Shown: positions 50,373 through 62,217 of the stretch, in pieces
How positions within the stretch are numbered: the stretch's first letter is position 1
Layout of the letters: every line of letters starts with the position of its first letter
DNA from: Eledone cirrhosa
Taxonomy: Eukaryota
NCBI GenBank assembly: GCA_964016885.1
Contig: OZ024740.1
Location: forward strand, 300,576,001-300,640,000
Direction: 5' to 3'
Length of the DNA stretch: 64,000 nucleotides
The notes under the pieces: model-generated
Databases searched by the model: none
Told to the model about the DNA's origin: nothing
What the model saw: only the letters and a program-made list of their open reading frames with translations
Program-made: the position numbers and the translations under genes

Positions 50373-50823
50373 ATATTTTTTTAAGGCAACGCTTGTAATA
50401 ACTCTAGTTAAACATGATATATAAATTGCTAATAAATTATCGTTGTAATGTAATTAGATTATATAATTGTTATTTATAAATGATCTTATAAATATTATTG
50501 TAAAATGTATACAAATATTTTCAGACTTTTAATATAAACAACTACAAAAAACAATCAATATTAAATAAACATATTTTACATAATAATTGTTATAGTTGAA
50601 TTAATAAAAATTAAATATTACATACAAACAGTCTAACATAATAATAAAAAAATAATCTAAAATAATAATAATAAAATAATCTAACATAAAACGAACAATA
50701 ATATGGACAAATATACAAGTAAATATGATACAACCAATATTATAAGCATGTTATAACGAACTGAAAAAAAAAAAGTTAATATAAATTTTTAAAAATCATA
50801 TATAAATTAACAATATAACTTAC

Positions 50824-50990
50824 CAAAACGAGAAAAATATTTTGATGATAAAAGACGAAATACCGGAGGAAGATTCGACAGCGAAACGATAAATAAACGT
50901 GCAAACAAAATGGCGGATGCTTTTGAGCAACAATTACACTCGTTGGTTGATTAGCCAATAAGACGATGAAATTAGCCAATAAGACGATGC
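50824..50990 (-). promoter_or_regulatory. Candidate Pol II promoter and first non-coding exon
   Basis: Two CCAAT boxes in a 19-bp direct repeat (50955, 50976), a YY1-type CCGCCATTTTG (50906-50916), and a donor TTG|GTAAGT at 50824/50823. The region is a local CpG-containing patch in AT-rich DNA. Confidence 0.5.
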
Positions 50991-51213
50991 ATTACAAAAC
51001 ATGTTTGGCAGCGATCACCATGGCCAGCTACGACCCTTGATTGTTTTTATTCACAAGCTACGCATATATGTCAGGCACGCAGACTTAAAACATTCTGTTG
51101 TTAGTCACTGCGTGTGTAACAGATATTAAATGTGTTAGATTTTATATTTATTGACGCGCATTAAAACACAAACACACATATACACATAACCCACTTCACC
51201 GTATATATAACTA

Positions 51214-51298
<85 letters not shown>

Positions 51299-51425
51299 AA
51301 ATAAATTTAGTTAAATTAAATTAAAGGAGTTATGTATATATATGTATAACGAAGGAAATGTGGTAAGGAACCAGATGGACCATAACGCACCAAAATACTC
51401 AATACTTTCGGTAGTAGAGTGGGTA

Positions 51426-51545
51426 ATAGGAACGAGGAGGACCCCGACGGGTGAGCTCACGCCGTTTCGACGGCTGATTCTGGACGTCCAGAATTAGCCG
51501 TCGAAACGGCTTGAGCTCAGCCGTCGGGGTCCTACTCGTTCCTAT
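51426..51545. repeat. 120-bp GC-rich spacerless palindrome
   Basis: Centred on GGAC|GTCC (51485/51486), with about four mismatched pairs. Confidence 0.95.
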
Positions 51546-51613
51546 ATAAATATATATATATATATATAATGGAAAAATTTGAACAGGGAGAAAACAGAGA
51601 GGCAGTACAACAA

Positions 51614-51695
<82 letters not shown>

Positions 51696-51816
51696 TGGTA
51701 AACGGAATAGAAAATGCTGACAAATTGTTCACAGTTGAAAAATGGTTTAATTAGGAATAAAAGAGTATTAGTGATTGTATGGGTTAGTATTCAGTTGTGG
51801 TTTTAAGTTTTTAAGT

Positions 51817-51853
51817 TTTTACCGGTTGCGCATTTCTAAATGCTTTTCAAAAA
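51817..51853 (-). ncRNA. Variant hammerhead-like motif (U3-A8, A13C)
   Basis: Identical to the motif at 40104. Confidence 0.55.
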
Positions 51854-52592
51854 TAATTTTGAGATAGAGTGTCCGTGCTGTTTGCTCTGATCTGATTAGT
51901 TTTGGGAATTCTACCTGTTTTTATGTTAAAAAAATGGCTCCAGCGTTATTTTTGTGTTGCAAAAATGCTTGTGGTCAAAACAATTTTGATTGGTCGGTAG
52001 AGGTCATGTGAATGTAAACACATATAAACACATATAAACACATATAAACACAATGACACACGTAAACACACATGCTCTATGGTGCAATACAAAAAAATAT
52101 ATGTGCATATATATGTATGTATATATGTATATATATATATATATATATATGTAGTGAAAATATATATGTGTGTGTGTGTGTGTGTATATATATAGAGTGA
52201 ATATCATTTCACACCTTTTATTGTTAAGATTGTTGATGTTCTATTAAGAGAACCGATTTTACTGAAAAAATCGAATAATGTACACCATTTTACCAGGGGG
52301 GAAAAAAATACTGGTCCACCCACACACGCACACACACACACACACACACACATATATACACAAACACATACACACGCGTACATCAACATACAAAGAGACT
52401 TATACACACACTCACACACACACACACGCACTTCTCCGTATAAGACAAAAGCTGAAAAATATCTTTTGACCTTCGAATGACTCTGGTGTGTGTATGTACG
52501 CACACACACACACACACACACACACACTTATCTTAATAGCCATTTGACACACATCGCTGGTGGCTATTGTCGCAGCATCGAACACCTTACTA

Positions 52593-52662
<70 letters not shown>

Positions 52663-52983
52663 TTGTTGTGAAAGAGTCATTTCTCAATCTTGGCGCAAAA
52701 CCAATTTTTTATCCACATGACCTCTACCGACCAATCAAAATTGTTTTGACCAATAATTTTTGCTGGAGCCACTTTTCTAACATTTTAACATAAAATCAGT
52801 CTTGGCGCAAAATCAACTTTTTACATTCACATGACCTCTACCGACCAATCAAAATTGTTTTGACCACAAGCATTTTTGCAACACAAAAATAACGCTGGAG
52901 CCATTTTTTTAACATAAAACAGGTAGAATTCCCAAAACTAATCAGATCAGAGCAAACAGCACGGACACTCTATCTCAAAATTA

Positions 52984-53020
52984 TTTTTGAAAAGCATTTA
53001 GAAATGCGCAACCGGTAAAA
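52984..53020 (+). ncRNA. Variant hammerhead-like motif (U3-A8, A13C)
   Basis: Identical to the motif at 40214. Confidence 0.55.
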
Positions 53021-53177
53021 ACTTAAAAACTTAAAACCACAACTGAATACTAACCCATACAATCACTAATACTCTTTTATTCCTAATTAAACCATTTTTC
53101 AACTGTGAACAATTTGTCAGCATTTTCTATTCCGTTTACCAATATATAATAACTTGTGTGTTACACCTCTATTCTTT

Positions 53178-53261
<84 letters not shown>

Positions 53262-53262
<1 letters not shown>

Positions 53263-54101
53263 TAGTTGAATTACTCAGCTTTGTCCGGGTTACTGCTGTT
53301 CATATTCGGAATAGTAAACAATAAACATGAAGATGTGTGTTTTTCTCTCTTATAATTATTTCAAAATATCTATATTTTATTTTACAAAATCAAAATTGTA
53401 ATTATAATAGAATTTAGAAATGAAAATCTGTCAATTTTGAAACATCTTACGGCAAACAATATTCATTATCTAATTGTTTATTGGTGTCCAAATGAATACA
53501 TTGTTCCTACACACTCACAAACACACACACTCATATAATGAGACGGACATACACTCACACACATACACTCTGACATACACTCTCACACACACATTGACTC
53601 ACACCCGCATGCATTCACACGCACATAAACTCTCAACTTACACTTACACACACTCTCACATACACTCACATAGATATAGTAAGACAGAAACACACAGACA
53701 TACATCCACACACATCTATCATAACATATGTAGCTGTATGTGTAGATATGTGTGCGTGTTTAATTGTATGTGAGTGAATATAATGTGTATTCAATTTACG
53801 TACATAACGAACTAGCAAAAACACCCCAACTCACAGACACATACACACTCATATACAAAATGTGACACTGTCGTCGTCGCCGTCGTTGGAATCTTCGTAT
53901 TTTAATTTAGTTGAATATAGATAGGTTATTTTAGATAAAATGTTATATTGTTTTAATCCAAAGGAAAATAGAAATTATATGTTTACACTCCCGGGGTCTA
54001 ATACATTGTAAAATTTGATTTGATTTGGTATAGCCGTTTGAGAATGCATAGGAGCAGAGATACATGCAAACAGACAGACAGAGAGACAAATAATTTTATA
54101 C

Positions 54102-54105
<4 letters not shown>
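53262..54105 (-). mobile_element. Non-autonomous Helitron (second family)
   Basis: 3' ACCCGG-ACAAAG-CTGAGT hairpin followed by CAA-CTAG|T; the 5' region has TATAAAAT..(TGTC)n, as is typical of non-autonomous Helitrons. Confidence 0.7.
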
Positions 54106-54139
<34 letters not shown>

Positions 54140-54574
54140 CCATGTGATGATTCTAACCCATTTTCAATTCGTTTCTGCGGGGAGCATGTAAGAAAAATCT
54201 TTGTCCAGTTGAGTTATTTCCTGATGATTTCCAACCTTGTTGATTTATTCAAGATTGGATATATCCAAAAATGGAGTGAAACCGTCGGGGGTAGAGATAT
54301 TTTGATGATTTTGGTAGGTTTATGCACATTGCTTCTTCTAACTTTGATTTTGTACCTAATAATGTCTAGTCAATTCCTACAAGCTATCAGAAATACTAGG
54401 TACATTTTCTGTAGCTATGAGTCGCGGATAAAAAGCTATATCATTTATCTATTGTTTCTTCATATGTATATTTTAAACTTGTAGCCACGTTTAAATGAGT
54501 TTATGTGTGGTTGACTTATGGTGATTGGGAGAAGAAATACTGTATATAATTTATTTAATTTTTCTATGGACTTA

Positions 54575-54618
<44 letters not shown>

Positions 54619-54623
<5 letters not shown>

Positions 54624-56260
54624 ATACTTTGGGAGGGTAATGTTGCAATAAGAAACACACTCACCAGTTGATTTCACTTGAATTTATTATAAATTTCCGG
54701 TTGGTTGGTTGGTTCGACAACCGGATGGTTGCTCATATATTGTCAGAAGTTCTTTCGTCACGCATTCTATGATCTCTTCAGTGACCGGGGATTCTTTTCT
54801 TTGTTTTTGTGATTCTCCTTTGTTCTGTCCTACGCAATATTGTTTTTGTGTGTGTTGTGTGCTTAGTTTCCGCATGTGTTACATCCGGGTGTCTGTGTGT
54901 GTTTTTATTTCTTTATATATTTGTTTATTTACATGTTGCTAGTTGGGTGTTTTTTTAATTTTGTCATTAATTGTAAGATGTAATGTTGCTATTCCATTTA
55001 TGTTTTCTATTTAATTTTTGTTGGAGTTCATTTATGTTTATTGCCTCTGTGATTTGTCTAAACATTGCGTCTTTTCTGTGTTATTTCTATGTTCTCTAAT
55101 TTGCTCTTATCTTCTCTTTTAGCATGTTGGTGGAGTACTGATGAGTCTTTTCTATCTAGGAGTTCTCGTCAGTGTTCATTGAACCATTCTCCTATGCGAC
55201 GATTTCTATATTTCTTTGTTTATTTAGATGTTACTAGTTAGTTGTTTGTCTATGTGTGTTTTTTAATGTTGTCCTTAATTGTAAGTTGTGAAATTGCTAT
55301 TCCATTCATGTTTTCTATTTAATTTTGGTTGGAGGTCATTTATGTTTATTGCCTCTGTGGTTTGTCTAAACATTGCGTTTTTTTTTGTGTTATTTCTGTT
55401 TCTATGTTCTCTAATTTGCCCTATGTTCTATTTTAGCACGTTGGTGGAGTACTGATGAGTTTTTCTATCTTGGAATTCTCATCAGTGTTCATTGAATCGT
55501 TCTCCTATGCTACGAGCTGTCTAACCTATGTACATTATATTCTCATATTTACATTGTCACTCTGTACATCTTATGCTATAAACTATGTTTCTAGTTTTAC
55601 GGTTAATATGGAGGCTTAGTTTACAGATTATGCATTACTTATCTATACAGGGATGTCTTTGAAAAGGGTATGTAGTACTAATAAGTTTTTTTTTATGGAG
55701 GTACCTGGTCTTTCAACTATCTTAATATTTAGTTTAAGTTTATCTAGGACCCTTCTAAATTTGTAAGCTAGTTCACCTCTAGGGGTTGTATTGATTAACA
55801 TTACACCCAGGTATTTATTGCTATCATAGCATGAGTTTATTCTATTCACCTTATTCCTAGTTCTTTCTATTCTATTCAAAAATGTTCTCCGATACAAGGG
55901 GCAGGTCCCATTTGTATCATTATTTTCCAATTTTTCTCATTTGGTTGTGGCTACTCGATATACTCTGATTTTCTCTTTCTGACTGTAACCAGAGAACTGC
56001 ATACGGTGGATGAAGTGTTGTATGTGTCTCTGTAGTTCTTTGGGGGTTGCACATGCGGGACACGTTCCTCATAACCCTTGCTAAATCCGCAATCAGTATG
56101 TTGATTTTGGTGTGATCCGAAACAGCTGAGTTTCGGTGGATCAGGTATTTGGAAGTCATGGGTTTGGCATAATGGGAATGGAGGATTTGTTTTTTTGTTA
56201 TTAATGGTTTCTAACCAGAGCTCTGTGTCTAGTACAGTCAATCGATGGTTGGGATGTTTG

Positions 56261-56262
<2 letters not shown>
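54619..56262 (-). mobile_element. PLE 3' fragment (RT thumb, GIY-YIG, 3'UTR) with an internal ~300-bp tandem duplication, between (TA)n tracts
   Basis: VLDTELW, TTPRGELAYKF..KIVERPGTSIK; same family as 59182-62098. Confidence 0.87.
54742..54785 (-). ncRNA. Minimal hammerhead motif in PLE 3' end
   Basis: GTCA-CTGAAGA-GATCATAGAATGCGTGAC-GAAA-GAACT-TC-TGAC. Confidence 0.65.
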
Positions 56263-56323
<61 letters not shown>

Positions 56324-56469
56324 AGAGAGTGAGAGAAAGAGAGAGAGAGAGGGGGAGTGGAATTGGAAACAGCACGGAAAAACTATTTAAAGGATCTTCT
56401 TTTTTCTTTTTTCCGTTTTCTTTCCAATTACACTTTTTCTCTGTTTCTTTCAGAACCTTACTCCCGTTT

Positions 56470-56535
<66 letters not shown>

Positions 56536-56587
56536 TATAAATGAAAGTATAGAAATTATTGTGAGCGTGAAGCCAACAGTATTTAAT

Positions 56588-56660
<73 letters not shown>

Positions 56661-57749
56661 TTATTTATTTATGCATGTTGCAATGAAAAATATTACAGTT
56701 GTTTCATAAAGAACATTTTATATGCTTACAGATTACATATATATGCGTCTTTCTGCTTTCTTTTGTTAAGAATGAAAACATATAATTTTGAGAAAATGTC
56801 ACACTACTGATTTTGCGCTAGTTTAAATATCACAAGTTTAATCTCTACACACTTGTCACATCTAGGTGTACAGAAAGCAGCATTACGCCATCAATCCCAG
56901 ACAGAAATATTCCACTTTCTCTGTCACCTACTGGATATAAATATATGTGTATTAGCCATTTTTTATTGTTAAGAAACATGCAAATTCATTATAGGAAACA
57001 GGCTCTTATAACATGTCCACATTTCTCGGGGCAATTCCAGATGGAAGACTCAATCATGTGTGTAGCCTAAATAGCCAAAGATCTCATAGTTAGATACGCA
57101 CATTTCGTTGTTGTAATATATAGTAACGGAATATCTTTTATAACCGTGATGCCATCTAGCATACATACAACATATGTAACCTCCATAACAGTCATGAAAG
57201 TATAAAGTGTATCGTGAAGAAATTTAATTTCGGTGTAAGCATGTGATATTATGGGTGGCAGAGTTAATATATACAATCAACATAAAATGTTTTTTTAGTA
57301 AGCACAGAACCAACAGGAAGTTAACAAATATAATGCTGCCGTGGAGGTTTTCATCATGATATGATTAAAAGGACAGCAGTCATTATGGTTATATGTATAA
57401 TAAACGAAACAATTTACGTATGTGATTAACGTTAAGATGGGGAGAAAGGATACAGATTGTCGTCGTTGTATGTCGACGATTCTGCCTATAGTCGTCGGAG
57501 GAAAACAAAACTAGGTATCTGGGAGTCTTTACATGGGCAGACGACATACTGCATATAACAACTTAGGCTACATGAGTTACTATGTACTCTCTGGAAGAGT
57601 TGTAGAAGTAATACTATATACTATGTTTCGAGGTACTTTATGAGGAAAATATATTAAAAACATAAAAAACACATTAAAAATGCTTTACAAAATAGTTAGC
57701 AGAGACAATTCTGTAAAGTAAGAAAATGAAAGTCATCTTCCCTCCACCT

Positions 57750-57867
57750 CATTATCATCATCATAAGCAGCAGCAGCATGATCGTCATGATGATCATCAT
57801 GGTTATGATGATGATATTTATCATCATGATTATGATGATGATATTGATCATCATCATCATCATCTTT

Positions 57868-57904
<37 letters not shown>

Positions 57905-57925
57905 GCATCACCATTATTATTGATA
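57750..57925. repeat. (CAT)n/(GAT)n microsatellite
   Basis: Directly visible. Confidence 0.95.
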
Positions 57926-59097
57926 ACAATATTGTCCTCATCATCGTTGTCACTGTCTACATGCTTATCAGCATCAACAGAATATAATTCCAATTTCTAG
58001 GTGTGTTATTGTTTTGTGCGGGTAAACGTTATATCAGGAAATGTTCAGATTTATGAGGGGTTGTTGTGTTGGTCGTTATCAATTTCGAGTAGGATTTTAA
58101 AATATAAATGCATTTATCATATCCTGATTAATATGGTTAAAGTTAGTTTCCTAGTGGGCAGATCAACTGGATTAACCATATATTTTTTGCGGAAATGAAA
58201 TGCTGAGACATTAATTCTTAATTTAAATTTGTTTGAAAATCCAACATATTCTAAATATCTTTCAAATGGCAAAGACATATTTTATCAGTTTCAATATAGA
58301 TTATATTTTGTTCATTGTTTGTTTCTTTTTAGTCAAATATAATGGACATAACTAACTTTTGGGGATTGGTTCATATATGAAGTTGTGTTATTTATATTGT
58401 ACGCGGGTGAAAACATTAGGATATTAAGTAGCATTAAATGACCTGCTTCAGATAGATGCACCGGTTAGTTAGGGTCCTCTTGCAAGGATGTATCTGAGTA
58501 AAACGAGATAAAACTAAGCATTTGTTTGGCGAATATTATGTGACTGAAATAATCTACAGGCATATTATTTTTAAAAGTAATCATAAATGTTGCTGTTTAG
58601 CAAATCTATGCGCATATCATTGACACCGGGATTTCAGAATTAATCTTGGTGATCCGCTTATCTATCTAAAAAGTGTTTGAAATAAATATCTAATATAAAC
58701 ATATTAAACAACAATTTAAGAAACAAATAGATTAGGCAGTATGCATTCAATTGCAAAATATTATTATTTATGTTAGAATTATCATCTGACAAAAAGTAGT
58801 TATCCATATGCATTTCTTCTTAATGCAAATTCCTCAGTGAATATAGGTCTTACCACGTTGCAGTCAACATTTACGGATGTCATGATATATGTCAGAAGCA
58901 ACGATGTTCATCATTTAATTCAATAAGAAAACAACAAACGAATTAGCCCAATGCTACAAAATAAACTACCAGCTCCTCAGGTTTTCCCACCCCACTATGT
59001 CTCTATCATCATATTTGTACATATATAAATTCACACACACACATACACCCCCCCCCCACACACACACAACATACACACACTCGACATACACACGTGT

Positions 59098-59167
<70 letters not shown>

Positions 59168-59391
59168 ATATATATATATTTCTTTTCTGAATTTGTTTAG
59201 CAAGATTCTTTATCTGAAAACGTGTGTTGAAACCGATAATGTTATACTTTGGGAGGGTCATGTTGCCAATAAGAAACACACCCACCACATGCTTTCACTT
59301 CAATTTATTATAAATTAAATTTATAAATTTAGGAATTTATAAATTTCCGGTTGGTTGGTTGGTTTCACTACCAGACGATTGTTCATATATT

Positions 59392-59434
59392 GTCAAAGTT
59401 CTTTCGTCACACATTATGTGAAATCTTCAGTGAC
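59392..59434 (-). ncRNA. Minimal hammerhead motif in PLE 3' end
   Basis: GTCA-CTGAAGA-TTTCACATAATGTGTGAC-GAAA-GAAC-TT-TGAC. Confidence 0.6.
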
Positions 59435-61902
59435 TGGAGATTCTTTTCTTTCTTTTTGTGTCTCTCCTTTTTTCTGTCCTACGCCATCTTGTTTTTGTGT
59501 GTGTTGTGTGCTTAGTTTGCGCATGTTTTACATCCGGGTGTCTGTGTGTGTTTATATTTGTTTATTTATTTGTTTATTTGCATGTTACTGGTTGGTTGTT
59601 TGTTCTATGTGTGTGTGTTTTCATTTTGTCCTTAATTGTAAGTTGTGATGTTGCTGTTCCATTCATGTTTTCTATTTAATTTTGGTTGGAGTTCATTTAT
59701 GTTTATTGTCTCTGTGATTTGTCAAAACATTGCGTCTTTTCTGTGTGTAGATTCTATTTTTATTTCTATGTTCTCTAATTTACACTTATGTTCTATTTTA
59801 GCATATTGGTGGAATACAGGTGATTCTGTACTATTTTAAAGCTCTCGCCAGAGTTCATTTATCCGTTCCCCTATACTACGAGCTGCCTCACCTATGTACA
59901 CTATATTCTCATCTCTACATTGTCCTTCAGTACATATTATGCTATATACTGCATTTCTAGTTTTACAGTTAATACTAGGGTTTATTTTACAGATTATAAA
60001 TTTCTTATCTATACAGGGAGGTCTTTGAAAAGGGTATATATTGCTAATAAGTGTTTTTATGAGGGTACATCGTCTTTCTACTATCTTAATATTGAGTTTA
60101 TGTTTATCTAGGGCTCTTCTAAATTTGTAAGCTAATTCACCTCTAGGGGTTGTATCGATTAACATTAAACTCTGGTATTTATTGCTATCATACCATGAGT
60201 TTATTCTATTAACTTTATTCCTAGTTCTTTCTATTCTACTCCAAAATTTGCTCATATGCAAGTGACAGGTCCCATTTGTATCATTATTTACTATTTTTTC
60301 CTATTTGGTTCTGGCTCCTCTATATACTCTGATTTTATCTCTCTGATTGTAACCAGAGAACCGCATACGGTTGATGAAGTGTTGTATGTGTCTCTGTAGT
60401 TCTTTGGGTTTGCACATGCGGAACACGTTTCTCATCACCCGTACCAAATCTGCAATCACTATGATGATTTTGGTATGGTCCGAAACAACTTAGTTTCGGT
60501 AGATCAGATATTTGGAAGTCCTGTGTTTGGCATAATGGGAATGGAGGATTTGTTTTTTTGTTATTAACGGTATCTAACCAGAGCTCTGTGTCTAGTACAG
60601 GTAATCGATGGTTTGGGTGTTTGCTTGGGTAGTCTATAGTAACTCTAATACTCTGGTGGATGGAGTTAGTTATTTGCTGGATGCTTTCCATGCTGATTTT
60701 CTCTAATTCCTGACTGTTCTCTAGTGGGGGTGTTTTTACTACGATGTTTATATCATCAACGTAGAGGGAGTACATTATCAGGGTTAATAGGTTGCTGTCT
60801 TCTAATTGTTCTTTAAGTTTATGTTTAAGTGTATTGTCCCACCATACCATGAATAGGTTAGCTATGTCACCTGCAATGCGAAAACCAATGTATGGTCCCT
60901 CCACTTGGGCATATGTTTTTCCATTACATTTTAACATATGTTCCTTAAGGGTTAATTTTATACAGGCTGCCACCGCATCTGCAATCATTTTCTCTAGTTC
61001 ATCGTGGTTTTCGGGGGTCCGTAAGGCTCTGGTCCACACGTTCCATCTATCTGTGTGGGATTTCTTGGCCATTGAGGTAATGGTAGGTGGTCTGCCTCTT
61101 GCTGGTCTTGAATAAGGTTAATAGAATAAACTCATGGTAAGATAGCAATAAATACCAAAGTATAATGTTCAACGATACAACCCCTAGAGGAGAATTAGCT
61201 TACACATTTAGAAGGGCCCTAGATAAACATAAACTCAATATTAAGATAATAGAAATACCAGGTACCTCCATAAAAACACTTATTAGCAATACATACCCTT
61301 TTCAAAGACCTCCCTGTATAGATAAGAAATGCATAATCTGTAAACTTAGCCCCCATATTAACTGTAAAACTATACATGTGGTATATAGCATAATATGTAC
61401 TGAAGGGCAATATAGATATAAAAATATAGTGTACATAGGTGAGGCAGCTCGTAGTATAGGGGAACGGATAAATGAACACTGGCGAGAACTTCAAGATAGT
61501 AAAGAATCATCTGTACGCTACCAACATGCTAAATTAGAACATAAGGATAAATTAGAGAACATAGAAATAAAGATAGAATCTACCCGCAGAAAAGACGCAA
61601 TGTTTAGACAACTCACAAAGGCAATAAACGTAAATGAACTCCAACCAAAATTAAATAAAAAACATGAATGGAACAGCAACATCACAACTTACAATTAAGG
61701 ACAAAATGAAAACACACACACACATAGAACAAACAACCAACCAGTAACATGTAAATAAACAAATAAATAAAAAAATATAAACACACACAGACACCCGGAT
61801 GTAACACATGCGCAAACTAAGCACACAACACACACAAAAACAAAACAAGATGGCGTAGGACAGAACAAAGGAGAGGCACAAAAACAAAGAAAAGAATCCC
61901 CA

Positions 61903-61945
61903 GTCACTGAAGAGGTGACAGAATGTGTGACGAAAGAACTTTGAC
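61903..61945 (+). ncRNA. Minimal hammerhead motif in PLE 3' end
   Basis: GTCA-CTGAAGA-GGTGACAGAATGTGTGAC-GAAA-GAAC-TT-TGAC. Confidence 0.6.
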
Positions 61946-62217
61946 AATATATGAACAATCGTCTTGTTGTGGAACCAACCAACTTATCGGAAATTTATAA
62001 ATTCATAAATTTAAGAATTTTATTTATAATAAATTGAAGTGAAAGCAACTGGTGCGTGTGTTTCTTATTGGCAACATGACCCTCCCAAAGTATAACAATA
62101 TATATATATATATATATATATTCCTGTTTATAGTTGTATATAGTGTATACATAACTATAAATAATATTATTATTAACTGCTCCATACTGTTGAGCTAATA
62201 TACATTAAATTACCAGT

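Larger units (their letters stand above)
51694..53181. mobile_element. Neptune-like PLE 3'-end pair, head-to-head (51694-~52018 minus; ~52019-53181 plus), between (TA)n tracts
   Basis: The arms are near-identical to each other and to 39981-40373; the right arm matches the 3'UTR in 27781-29642 and carries the 38-nt tail. Confidence 0.9.
59182..62098 (-). mobile_element. 5'-truncated GIY-YIG PLE (59182-61109 minus) with an inverted ~990-bp 3'-end copy (61110-62098 plus), between (TA)n tracts
   Basis: RT GPYIGFRIAGDIANLFMVWWD, YVDD, LPVLDTELW; EN CIDKKCIIC..VVYSIIC..YIGEAARSIGERINEH..LNKKHEWN. 61110-62097 is the reverse complement of ~59238-60220. The clade is not assigned. Confidence 0.9.
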
